DNA from: Kudoa neothunni
Lineage: Eukaryota; Animalia; Cnidaria
Reading direction: 5' to 3'
Assembly (NCBI GenBank): GCA_964304625.1
Contig: OZ199838.1
Location: forward strand, 15,428,929-15,492,928
Length of the DNA stretch: 64,000 nt
Position numbers and translations under genes: made by a program. The notes beneath the pieces are model-generated. The model was not told the origin of the DNA. It did not search any database and saw nothing but the letters and a program-made list of their open reading frames with translations. Of the stretch, positions 39,077 to 52,700 are shown piece after piece (position 1 is the stretch's first letter; every line of letters begins with the position of its first letter).

Positions 39077-42000
39077 ATGAACCCTGATGAACCATTGGAT
39101 TTTGAAAACTTTTGCTCAACATTAGACGAAACAGAATCTCGTCAAGGGTCTAAAGACTGCAAGCCACAAGTATTGCTATTTACATTACTAGGAAATTAGC
39201 TGATTAACGTAACGCATATTCAGATACTTATCAACTCGATTCCTACTAACCAAAGGGTTAGGTTGTTACTTAATGTATTATCATCTCGAAAAAATAATGA
39301 AGTATATTATTGTCTCCCAACAAAAATAAAACCCATTTTAGTTGAAATGCAAGGCAACCGCACAACTAAAATTGATATTCTTAAATTTTGGCAATGAAGA
39401 AGGAGACCAAAATGCATTGTTAAATGAATCCAAGTCGTACCTTATTAATTTGATAAGATTCGAAAAAAATGTGACCATCCAAAAGGAATTACTTATTGTA
39501 TTTATAAGACTGACTGAAGTCATCAATAAAGATAAGGATGATAAATGGAAAGTAATGGCTGAATTGGTTATTGCATGTGGAAGTATTGAAAAAACCTACC
39601 TAACCGAATCGTTAGAAGCAATTATTACGTAAATCTTCACTTAATATCTAACATTAATGGATGTATAGTGGAACTGGTAATACATTAGGGAATTGTAAAC
39701 GACAAAGAATGGTACAACGTAGGAAATTATTAGAAGCATGCCTCAAGGAATATTCCACTAAACCCCAAGTATGAATTTTGTATTAATAATATAAAATATT
39801 AGTATAATTGTTACTTAAACATTTAGGTAGTATTATTTGCTCTTGAATTATTGCAGAAGTTAGTGCTAGGGCAGAGAAAATCAAAATTTTGTACAAAATT
39901 ATTTTCCAAAATAGTTCCACTTGTAATCAGTACAATGGAATCAATGGTGCTAACAACTGCTGGGTTGAGTTTCATGGAATATATGTCCGTAATTTTCCAC
40001 AATAATAAGCAAATATTTAAGAGACATTCAAAAAAAATTATTCGTAGAATTATTTGTGTATTAAACAATACTAACATTGAGAGACCAACGGTTTTTCAAA
40101 CATACTGTTGGCTGGATATGTTTATTGAAGGGTTTCCTGAATACATCGCTCAAAAGTGGAGCAGCTACTTTCCCGTAATTATAGATAACCTATTGGATCT
40201 CCCGTAATTATAGATAACCTATTGGATCTCCAAGTAATGTGTTATCCGAACTTATCGGATGAGTCACTTACAGATTATTTTAAATGTAAACAGTTTATCC
40301 AATCTAAAGATGCTACTTATGCTAATTCTTGCCTTGAGAAAATCATCTGTTCGTTAACGCAGGAAACGTTGCATTCATTCCTTAACAGGAGAGTTTCAAA
40401 GTTGCTTCGATTCAGCGATTGGAAACGCACAGTCGTGGCCATGCGTCTGTTAAAGATAATTGTTCGCATATCAAAACATTTAGAAGAATTTAATGAGCAA
40501 GAAATTATGGATACATTGGAACCTTATTTTTCAGATAGTAATCCCATAGTAGTGTTTTTTGCGATTGATACCGCCGAATTCTTGTGTCTTCAGTACAAAG
40601 AACAAGACTGTGATTTATTAAGTGGAGATGTATGTTGCATGATAATAGACTCTGGCATCAATCATCAATCGGTTCTTGTAAAGAAGCAGGCTGCATATTC
40701 GTTTGGACGTATCTATGCCTCATGTAGCATATTCTTCGTCTCTCTGGAGTCAGAAAATATAGTGGAACTTTTTATGGATTTATTTGCTGTTTTTGCTCAA
40801 AGCGATCACCCACAATTGTTGTTATCTTTGGCAGAAGTGATTCTGAATAATATTAATTTTGTGTATGAACTGTTGGGAGAAAATATTGAACCGTTTGTTC
40901 CAGAAATAATAACTCATCTTTTAAATATGCTCGATGAGTTCGTTTTGGATTATGAAAGTGACATTTTGGTTATGAATATCTTGGATTGTATTGTTGATAC
41001 CACTTCGCTGGAAGTGTCTAATTTCTATCAACAATTCAGTGCTCTAATATTAAGATATGTGGAAGGTGGAAATGCTCATCACAAACTATGGCCACGCGTG
41101 TACAAAGTTCCTCCTTGCCTCATTATTCATCAACTGTGTTTCGTTACTAAGAAGTCAGAAAGTTTTGAATCCTTATTACCAAAAATTGCTAAATGTATTG
41201 CTGATTATCTTTCAAGAATCAAAAAAGACATTTCGGAACTCGGTGATCTACAACAATCTGGTTCTTATTTGGCTTGTTATCGATACGGTTGCCCCGAATG
41301 TTTCTCGAGTGAGCGTGATGGTGGTATACGTATGACATGTGTACTGGTTTCAAAATTGGCTAGAGGTTATGGTTGGAGTTTCCCTGGTTATATCGAAAAA
41401 TATCTTAGCACTATAAACGATATTTTAACAAATCTTGGAAGTTTTCGTGATGCTTCCCTCATTATTGATGGTGTTCGAATGTTATTGAAATGCGCCATAT
41501 TTTATGGTAATGGCGTTGGTCATGATAATGGGGTACAAAAAATATGGCACGTTGACTTAAAAAATACAATTATGAAAGTTATGAAGAATAGCATCAGGTC
41601 AAAAACTTCTCAAATAATTGATAGCTTTAAAAAATGTATTATTATACCAAATTTTGTCGATGCGTTGGATTCGGATGATATTCTATTTTTTGGTGAATTT
41701 TTCAATGGTATAATGATAAACATTATCATGTCGATTGATAATTGTATTCAAAATAATACAAGTAATGAAGATGAAATGTCAGAGTCTCAATCAGGCGAAT
41801 CATTATGCTTTTTTGATACCCCTATAGATGCTATTGTGTTTTTCATTCACGATGTTCTACCGCTCTACAAAGAGCGATTAGTTCCTGCTATTTTCCCCAT
41901 GCTCAATACTTTAATCAAATATCCAAGAGCTAAGAATTCAAAAGTTTTAATCTTTTTCATCTCTAATTTAATCAATGATCTTTTGATGTTTGTGCCAAGA

Positions 42001-42276
42001 AGAGACATGAATTTTGGAGAATTGTTATCGCTTATCTTGGAATTTTGTGGTTATGTGTTCTCAAATTGTTCCGATAATTATGTAATTGAAAAAGTAAAAG
42101 GGCCAACACTAATACTGAAGGTTGTACTTAAAAAAACCAATTTTACATAATCTCTACTTCACATTTAGGATGCTTATCCTACTCATTTCGATGAATTCCT
42201 ATTGAATTTGGATCCAACCACAAAGTCTCATATTGTTCAACTCTTATCAAAAACTCCTAACTCTCAACAAGGGTGA
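39077..42276 (+). CDS. IPO5: Importin-5 (karyopherin beta-3)-like HEAT-repeat protein, divergent. Frame broken by a 29-bp tandem duplication at 40172-40229
   Basis: Spliced N-terminus (INSIPTNQRVRLLLNVL), DWKRTVVAMRLLKII and PYFSDSNPIVVFFAI correspond to IPO5 ENIPGQSKITFLLQAI, DWKYRHAGLMALSAI and FLQDPHPRVRYAAC. Last exon 42169-42276. Confidence 0.6.
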
Positions 42277-42636
42277 TTATGCTTAAATGTTTTTGGCGTT
42301 TTGGATATTTCGACTCTTTTTATGCGTTTGTCTACTTAGATTCTTCACCGACTAATATGAATGTGTTTCGATTTAATGTGTTTTTTGTACAAAATTAATA
42401 CATATAATATCCGTTAGCATACACAAGTCGTTTGAGGATGTACCAAAACCCGGAATTACTCCTCGGAGTTACTAAAGTGTTAACTTTCAGACTATGTGAA
42501 CCCAAAACTTTTATTTGGTATTATTTTTAAATCCAACATTGATCGTAAGGAAAAAATTTTTTCTAAAATCCGATTCAAAAATTCTAAGATAGACATTAAA
42601 TTGGTACGATTTTTATTATAGACCCAAAAACTTAAA

Positions 42637-43557
42637 TCTACTATCTACTATATATATAAAGCTGAAATGTCCGTGTGTGTGTCAAAATTTTTTCCCTATA
42701 GAGAGACATTTATGAAATTTTTTAGAAATCATAATGTTTCAAAAAAATCTTTAAATCGGTTTCACACCGCCAAATGTTCCCAGAAATGTTTAGAAAATGG
42801 TGATTTTGTCGATTCAAAATTCGTTAAACGGATTACTTGAGTTCAACAATAGGATTAACACCTGCTTATGACCTGCTGATGGTCGGTTGAAGTTAACTTT
42901 ACTCCTTATATGCTCTATTAAATGTCAATCAAGCGATATCATCTATCTTTATGTGTAAGGTTGGTGTTTATGCAAATAAACTCCTTATTTGATTTGCTAA
43001 ACACATTTTGAGGGTTCTATTAATGATTTTAGGTATGATAAAAAATCTATATATGTTTAATGCATAAATAATTGGTAGAGCATGCTATAATAGGATAGAT
43101 AAAAACATTATAATGCAAGCGCTTGGTCCGTGGATTTGAATGAAATCGTCCGCTACTATGTTGAATTTTCAGTGATTAAATGCAATGCAGATGGTTGTAA
43201 TCTTACTTCATCTAATTATATAAATTATTTATGCTGATATTGAAGCGATGTTAATTTTTGCGTTATCAATTACTTTTTCTATTTTTTTATCTCTTAAAAA
43301 CTTAGCGGTGCACACAGTTCCCGAGCCGGGCCAGAATTCGACTTTTATAAATACTCCGGACCAAAAATTAACGTTTTAGGTAACGCTCTAAAAGGATTTA
43401 AATTTCATAATCCAAATCGTTGAAGTATGTTGCTTAAAATTTTGTAATTATTTTGTTTCTATGAGTTAATTCGAATCTTCAATATATTTTTCTAATGCTA
43501 TTAAAAAGCGTCTCTCGGCGAAATCATCCCCAAGCAACGCTGGGCAGTTCCCGCTAG
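42637..43557 (+). mobile_element. Non-autonomous Helitron (~920 bp)
   Basis: 5' A|TCTACTATCTACTATATATATAAAGCTGAAATGTCCGTGTGTGTGTC. 3' hairpin CCCAAGCAACGCTGGG followed by CTAG|T. Inserted between A and T with no TSD. Confidence 0.85.
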
Positions 43558-43703
43558 TTTGATATTAGTTATATAATAAAGGTGACAAGAACTAATGTTA
43601 AAATTGTTTGACTTTTTGATAAGGGATTTAAAAATAATGAGATATTTCGAAAGTTTTCCCTTTAAAAACGTTTAAAATAGCAATATTAACTCATTTCAAA
43701 TTA

Positions 43704-43762
43704 AAGGTGGCTATTTTCATGGTAAATAATATTCAAGTGCCACCAGTTTTGACTGTATTTAA
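43704..43762 (+). repeat. 236-bp TIR family, copy F (5' fragment), cut at a TTAA
   Basis: AGGTGGCTATTTTCATGGTAAATAATATTCAAGTG..CCAGTTTTGACTGTATTTAA, then an abrupt switch to CCCCTTG. Confidence 0.7.
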
Positions 43763-44470
43763 CCCCTTGATACTTAATGTTCATTTAAATAAACAAGAGA
43801 AAAATTGTACCTCCATGACGCTCTATTTTGAATATTTTCTTTAAATTAATTTTAATATGTTATAAATAAGGAATGCAGCTTTCGATTTAAACCGTCGATT
43901 TTATCATGATGGTTCGACGTTAATTTTTTTGGTGTGTTTCGGAGAGGGCGCCTTAATCAGAATGGACAGGAAAAGTTGTGATTTAGAACATTTTATTGAA
44001 GATTGAGTTAATTTAGAAATTATTTAGAATGAATTTGTTTAAAAATGCTACAAGTTAAAGTTACCTACAAAACCAAACCATATGTGGAAACATTTTGCGT
44101 TATTGAAGCATCGTTGAATGATAGAATTGTTAAAGCATAATCTCCTAATCCTCTGCGTTATTTAGGGATCACAAAAGTCAAAAAAATAAATATTTATCTT
44201 GTGTCAGCTGATGTGTATGATGGATTGCCATTTAAAATAATAGATAATCACAAAAGACCTAGAAGTTTTTCCCAAAAATATTGTCCTTGAACACGTTCAC
44301 TTTCTAGTGTTAAGATTTTCGTTGATAAACACTTAGTTACATTGCTTGAAAAAATTTTTGTTAGCAATGTCAACTTTTGCGACAATATTTTGTATAAAAA
44401 CCCGTTATCTTCATTAGAAATTAAAATTTTTTTGAGATTAGGCATGTTCTTTCGGGTGAATGGACATCTC
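43763..44470 (+). mobile_element. Decayed piggyBac-like insertion
   Basis: Starts TTAA|CCCCTTG inside repeat copy F. Weak transposase-like remnants (KIFVDKHLVTLLEKIF..NFC) at ~44310-44400. Right end not found. Confidence 0.4.
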
Positions 44471-44800
44471 TTTCGAGAGGAAAAATCTCTATGGTACTAC
44501 AATTACATTAAAATATAAAATAATTATATTATATGTAATGTTAGTTTGTGTTTTTTGCAGATCAGTGTATAATCTCCTTTATGTATAAATCGTCGAAAAT
44601 TGCGTGTCCTACTTATAATGAATTTTGTCTATTCATGAACGAATTAAAAATAACTGTAGTGAATTATTATATTAGAATACGCAGTCAAAAATTTAAAATA
44701 GCGCTATTTTAATCAATATAACTTATTTGAAAAATGATTGCAATGTAGTCGGCAAGAGATTTGTGTTAAAATGTAATTTCTCATAGATTTAAAATATATA

Positions 44801-45431
44801 CTGTCAGTGACCTGTTTTACGCATTTTAAAAAGAAACATAATTTGAATAATCAAATGTACAATATTATTTTAATGTTTTTATTAAGGAATTTTGATCTAA
44901 ATAATATAACAAGGCTGTGAAATTTCCGGATTGTTGATCACGTGACTCACAGATTTCCCTCATTTTTCGGAATGTTTTTTAAAAAATAGACAAATTTTGT
45001 TTAGTATTCGAAAGAATTAATGAATGAAATAATAAAAAAAATAAAATACGTCCACAATATTTCCCCAAAGTAGCTAAATTTGTTATTATAAAACACCGGA
45101 CATATCCAACCTCTGGCTCCTTAAAAACACAAATAAAATATTTTAAATGATTTAACACAAATCTCTTATTGCCATAATTTTCGAATTTATTAAAATGAGT
45201 TTAAAAAATTATCCAAATTTGACAAAAGAGATATCATGATCACAATGGTGAAAGCTATATTTCACATATTTTGACGAATTTTTGGTGACTAAAACAACTA
45301 ATTATTTTATTTCTAAATGAGAAAAATTATTTGTTCCTCAAACGTATGCAATTCAATTCAATTAGATATTAAATAGTTGCGTATATTATTATACGCGCGT
45401 GCAGATAGTATGTAAAACCGGTCACTGACTG
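44801..45431. mobile_element. Tc1/mariner-type MITE (631 bp)
   Basis: TA|CTGTCAGTGACCTGTTTTACGCATT ... AGTATGTAAAACCGGTCACTGACTG|TA: ~25-bp imperfect TIRs flanked by TA. Confidence 0.8.
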
Positions 45432-47306
45432 TATTTATATATTTAGAAAAATTGTAAATTATTATCATCATTATTACAGTCATTTATAATTACGCAGTTT
45501 ATCTAATTTAATTAGAAGAAATGTATATATATACTAAAATCTAATCAATTTTACTATTTTTTAAAAGCTTCAGAATTGAATATTGTTAGATATAGAATAT
45601 TTTGGGACATGAAAACTTGACACCGATATTAGCGCGCATGAACCAAAAAATTAATGGATATAAGTTTATTGGTTATATTAAGCGATTGCTTAGAAATCCG
45701 ATAACAAATAAACCTTCAACGTAATTTAAAGAAAGCGTGAGATTTTTATGTGCTTATGATACGTACAAATATTATTTTCATTTGTTTCTGTAATTTAATG
45801 GTAATGGCTAATAATTTGTTTGAATATTTTTCTTTTTTAAATCGTTACATCTAATAATTTTTAAGAAATATATTTTCTCCAGATAGCAAACAAAAAAATA
45901 TAAACACGAAAAGGTTAACTGTTTCTAACTCATATGAGCGGTAGAGATGTGCCAGAAATAATTAAATACATCAGATTCTGAAAAGTAAACTTTATATGTA
46001 ACTTATAAATGAAAGTAGATGGAATTAAAAATAGCCACTGTCTTATTTTGTACTCGATGATCATTTCGGATAATCGTGATTGATGACTAATTTTGTCTTT
46101 GATATGTATTTTGATTATAAATATTAAAAAACGTTGTTTTTAATTGGATCATCTTTCAAACACAATAATATGAAATATCACTTATTTTCAGTGAATGAAA
46201 ATGTTTAAACGGTTCTAAATTCGATAATATTTCCCCGAAAAATAAATTATGTTTTTTTAGAAAATTCCCCAGCTTCATGAGACTTTAATGAGATCACTAT
46301 GGTTTTAGTAAAGGTGTTACATAGAATAAAATTTTTTATTTCAATCACGAGTTATAATGAAAAAATTTATAGTATCAAACACCACCCTAACGCGTGCGCA
46401 CCCAAGTTCTCAGCACACAGTCCGCCGAGGTCAACATTAAATAATAATCATCAAAAATTTCCATGTAACACACACAGATCTGGAAAATGAGAATTCCACG
46501 AAGACCGGTATAACAAAATGATAACTCTCTCGGAAAATAAAGTTGTAATCAATATTTTTTAAAAATAAAAACGAAGATAAGTTTGAATAAAAAACAAGCT
46601 GATAATTAATGTTGTAGAATAATACGATCAAAATCATAATTACCCAAATCAAATATCCCAAAGAGTGATATCTTGGAGTGACATCATGGGAAAACTCAAC
46701 ATTATAAATTGCAGATGAGTCCAAATAATAATAATAATAATACTGTCAAAGCTTCCGAGTATATTATTATCGGGTGGATAAGTATGTGTATTCATTTAGA
46801 TGCGGTGTAAATACGATGAGATTTGACCGTATACGCAGGCGCACCTAGATTTTAGATGCTTTATGAAGCTGATTTTTTCCATGATTTTGTTTATTTCATC
46901 AGATGGTATCTCGCGAAAAATAAATTTTATTATTATTAGTTCAGATTAAAATTCAAGACAAGTGATATTTGGTTGAGAAAAATATAAGCCGTTTAAATGC
47001 CTACAATTTTTTGGAAAATTTCATAATCATAAAATCGATTTAATTTTAGCGTAAAAACTCTACTCTCAAATTGAAATTAAAACCCAACTTAACAATGCTG
47101 TAAACATATAAGCCTCCACAGAGAGAATTACTTGGAAATCATTATCCCGAGAGTACCATAAATCCATCGATTCAATCTGCTGGGTTGTTTGAACATCGTT
47201 ATCGGTCAGCAGGTTGGTTTGAATTTGACAAATAAGCGTAAAAGATCCGATTTGGAGACAGAAATAATTTATTTGGTGAAAAGTTATTGTTGGGTTCGAG
47301 CCGTTG

Positions 47307-49670
47307 ATGAAAAATAGTACAATGGCAGATTTGGTGGTGGACAACGAGAATCAACTCAGTGCAACTGAAATCGATCAGTTGAAAACAGCCTTCGATAAGC
47401 TATTCAATGATTATGAATGTATTGCTCGTGAGAGGGGTGACAATTATCAATTTGTAAAATACTACGGTTGGTTAAATAAATGTAATCGGGTCATAGAAGT
47501 ACTTCAACGAACTGAAAAGGTCAAATTTTTTTGTTTACTATATTAAATAATTAGTTATTCATTTAGACAAATTTTAATGAAAATATTCGCCTACTTTCTG
47601 CATATATCGCATTGCTACCTCAATGCCCTTTTGACTCAGCATCGAGATTGAAGGCCATAGAGCTGTGCGATCGTTTCTACACTATCACACGTAGTTATCC
47701 TATTGATGTCACCTTACGAAAATATTGGAATCAAACACTGCTATCCTCTAAACAATTAACATTGACCGATATGTAAATTTTCAATTTAATTAATCCCTCT
47801 AATGTGTTTGTATTATTCATCAATTTTAGGAATATAATATACTTTAAAGCATACTACGAAAGCAGAGTTGCTAGGGAGGTAAATCGCTTGTTGATACTCC
47901 CACCAAATGATCTGGTTAGGATTTGAAATTATTTCTCAAAGAACTAGGCCAAATTTATAAAAATGTTCATCGAGTATTTTTTATTATTGAAAAATGATCG
48001 TATTTAATTTAAATTTTAGAATGAGGAACTAGAGATTGTTCTAGAATCCTTCGACATGGCTATCTCTTCCAAATATCTTTATAGTGATATTGGCATGGTG
48101 ACCCATTGGATAAATATTATTTTGCCTATTCTTTACGAGGATAGCCGTGATTATAATTTGAAATGCCATGCTATCAAAGTACTTTAATTATTGATTGACC
48201 TCATTGGAACAGCAAAGATAAGTTTGAAATTAATGACGTTATTCCTTTTAAATTGTTCGTATTAGATAAGGCTGTTACATTTTATTATTATTATTATTTT
48301 ATTAATATAACAATAATTTTTGGGTAAAATGGATAAAAATATATCAATGAAAACAATGCCAAGTCATTCATAAATCTAGTTTATGTATTTGTCACTTAAT
48401 TCTGAAGTTAAATTTTATTTGTGGATTATAATTGTCGAGGCGGAAATTTATCTGAGGTGTAAATAAATTGGCATATACATGCGTAAATAATACTCCGATG
48501 ATGATAACAATAACCACTTTTTACTCAAATATAGTTATTTCTTGAATATATTTGGGGATAAATAATTAATTAGTTAGATATAAAGGCTTATCTTCTTTTA
48601 AGAAAATGTAAATGACAATATCTTTCATAATTAATATAAATTTTTTGTTTTTATTCATTTTTTGAATCCTTTTATCTGATAATTAAAATCATTCGGGTGA
48701 TATTTTAGGTGATTGTGCGGTTGATTGTAGAAAAGAGTGTATTAAACTCTATGACTGTTGAATAGCAATTATTTTAACGAATTTTACGTGCAGTTATATA
48801 ATTTATTTTAAGTTCGCTAATCATAATCTCTCCAAGTATGATATTTACAAATAATTTGAATTTATTTTCTTCAATGGGTTAATATGTTTTTATAAATGAT
48901 TTTGAGTGATTTTTGATGAAAATTATTTCCAATTTCAAGCGAAGCTGAGAATTTCACGCTAATTTTAAATACTGTTATAACTAAGTTATCCTATAATATT
49001 GATATATAATATTAATATTGGGTCTAAAGGTTTATTACTGCTTCTAAGGTTTCAACCAGTTATTAACCTTAAAAATTGATGATAAGAGCATAAATTGTAT
49101 TTATGATAAATGGAACATTTTTCCTTGGATTTGAGTAAAAATAAGGCTAAAATTATTAAATTTACTGGGTATCAAAAACGACCCCTGCTATATCCAATGG
49201 GATTTTTTCGAGATTTAAAATCATATATAATTAAATTGTGTGACGGATTTAGATTCTAAGAAAATTGGTGATTGGAATCAAGACTACAAATGAAGTTACA
49301 AAAAAGAAACTGTGTTCAGTAGTTGAAAAAAGCATATATAAATTGGTGACTCGCTTGAAGAAAATTCAGACTAATAGCGCGTCATATGTTCATTTATGCA
49401 CCGTAGACACTCAACCCTACATTCATTCTATAATCCAAAGCTTCATCACTGACATTTTAATACAGTGTTATGTATTGGTAGGTGATAATGCCTTTTTTAC
49501 CGAATACCATAAAAATTTTATAGAAACATGGGGACAAGAAAAATTTCGGAGGTTATCTAACCGAGTTGGAACCGATATTAGCTATGTATTCTCCCATAAA
49601 TCAGATAAATGAGACATTTAATGTATGCTTAATGTTTTTTTGTATTCTGAATAGGTTTTTATCAATTTTC

Positions 49671-49707
<37 letters not shown>

Positions 49708-52700
49708 TGTATACGTATATATGTAAGAGTAAAACGATCTATTTAGATTGCTCTGAATCTTTTAATTAAACTGAGCGAAAACGATAATATAGAAAACAAC
49801 TTTATCGAATGCACTGTTGTTTTGTGTGAGCTGGCAGTCAAATACCAAACCACATCTTTGATTGGATATGATCAACAGTTGTATAGATTTATTAAAAAGG
49901 TTGTAGTCGATCAAATAAATGACACCTCAAAGGTGGTGATTATTGGGGAATTTTTACGTCGATTAAAATCTCTCGACTATATCAACGCAGTCGATAAAGA
50001 AACTTTAGTGGTTATAGGGGATAGTTCCAACAAACGAATTTCACCTCTACTCTACCAAAGTTACATGAGTTGGAAAAAATATTTCCTTATTTTCCTTTGT
50101 GTGTGTGCTCAACATTTCGGCCCCATCGGAAAACAGATATTCACTAAACCGATAAACAATGAAAAAGGTTTTTATTGATTTTTTGGAGACACAACCAAAT
50201 GACTTAAACAACAAAATTGACTCAACTTGGTGTATTTTATAGATTTTGTCGTTATTGATGAACTGATAAAATGGCTTGGCGGTGGTATCTATGAGATTAC
50301 CTACTATGTGGTTATCACCCTCAAATATATGGTTGAACACAATCCTTTGCTTGTTGTGTACACTCTGGAAAAATGCATAGAAAATTACTTAGCTTGTATC
50401 CATTCAAATAATGCTCCCGGGTTTCTTTTTGGATTAGCTTCGATGGTTACTATTGCTTCACGTAGTCAATATGGAATTCCCCACAAAATTATCAGGGTTA
50501 GTTGGCCGTTAGTTAGTCACACAATGTGCTTGCTGACTAAAAAATAAACGAATCTACCCACTCATATTTTCCAATTTAGAAAGTATTCGATGTTATCATG
50601 ATTTTGGCCGACAAAATTTCTCACGCTCAATCCAACAATCAAGCCACACGTATGGATTGCAAAAGAGTTATTTGGTTAACAATATCTGGTATCTGTATGC
50701 TAGGTATAGATTTTCTTATGTGAATTAATTTTTTTGTATTTTTTAACAATTTCTATACAACTGTCTAGGCAGTCAAATTGTCAAACACTTCAACGCGGAT
50801 ATATTCAATTATTTCTCAATGACTTACGATATAAAAAGTTATTATGGTAACATAAATCCTTCCGAATTGGACTATTGTGACGTCACCTACTCGTTGATTG
50901 GTATGTTTGAATTTAGAGTTGTATACTCGAGTTATAATGTTGTGTATAGTCAAAAATAATACGCGTGTCAGTGGGATTTGTTTAAAATATCCCATAAATT
51001 TGTTAATATTTTTACTTTTCTTCACGATTTTAAGGTGGCTTCACTTAACTAAGATTTTGGAGAGTGTAAAAAATATACTAGAGGCGCTTATTTTTATCAA
51101 TTTTTAATTTTTTTGAGTTCTTTATGAACTATTTATTTGAAAATTAAGCTAATGAAGGAGTACATTTTAATTGTTATCCTTACATAGATAAAATAAAATA
51201 AGTTTTATTTTGTATTAATTTAAAAGTATTTAAGATAATCGAGACGAAAATTTAATCATTTAATTCTCCCTTCTATCTAAAAAACAAAAATTAATTTGTA
51301 AATCTTTTAACAAGAAAGATTTTTATTTCTTTATATAAAATGTTTGATCTAATTAAGTTGACGCTTGAAGGAATCTGATTAGTCCCTTTTTGCTTCTCAC
51401 TCAATTATATAATTCATTCTCAGAACTCTTATTGTTATAAAATTAATCTTGTCTGTATTTTGGAAAAATTAGTATTAAATCATAATATTTAATTAATTTT
51501 TGTAATTAAATATAACAATATTTATAATGACACGCGGAAGTATTTTATTCTTGTTTCTTTGGCTTTAAATTAAATATATCACAATTTCTCATTTTAATTA
51601 TAAACTTTAAATCATAAATAAGAACATTTTAAATACAACTTCGGTAGATTTAAATTTTTCTATTATTTGTACATTAAAATGAGCCCCTTATAATATAATT
51701 TGATCATATCAGTAGATTTAAAGTAAAGTAATGCATTCGTTTAAATTGATATTAATTTATATAATTTTTATTCGATTAATCTGTATCAAGCAATTTAAAT
51801 TAGGTTATACTTTGTCGATTTTATGATAAAATATAAGATATAATCATGAACATACAAAATGAGAATTAAATTACGTTCAAATAAATACCAAAATAATCTA
51901 ATTTACCTTAGCTTTAATTGAATACTTTTCAATATTTGAACTACATTTATAAATATGTAATTTTTCTTTTTTTTATAATTTTATAATGTTACTATAAAAT
52001 AATAAGTTTCAGTTTTGATGAAATTTTAATAAATTTTGATTTATAGCGCTTAAAAACTATGCCAAATATTGCCCCCAACTGATTGATGATAGAATCGCCC
52101 AAAAAATGAATAAATACATTCGAAGTGCATTGGAAGTTCTGCGGATTTATTATTATTCGACCAGGAATCTGGCGGCTACTAACAGCAATTCTAAACCTAA
52201 CGAATATAACCATAATTTCTTCAACACAGATCTAATTTTTTCAGTATTCTTTGAGTTATTATTAGAATTAAGAAGTGTCTTCTTTGGATTTGGAGGTAAT
52301 TTCTATGTTGCATCAATAATTATTCTCATTTTATCTATTTCACCTATAGTTGACATTTATACAAATGCTGCGAAAATTTGCTTCAATCTAATCACCACTA
52401 ACAATATTCTCAGTTCACTGATTTTCGACCACAGTCCATCATTGAAAGAAATCTACTATTGCCCTATCTATCCGTGGCATAGAAAAATTTCCGACAATCC
52501 ATTTACACCATATCAATATGTACGGAGTTATCAAAAACTTGAATATTAGGACTTATATATGTATTTAGTTCGATCGGAATTACAACCAGACCAAAGATTA
52601 TACCAATGATCATTTTCTTTCCTTGTTACCGTTGATAATTGAGCCATTAGAAACAGTAACACGCCATCTGAAAATCTCTAATCTACTTTGTTGTTTTTAG

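Noticed and set aside
47066-47344. MDLWYSRDN resembling NDUFB8 (DPWYSWD)
   Set aside because: The match is limited to a few residues and the downstream RLNWGEP motif is absent.
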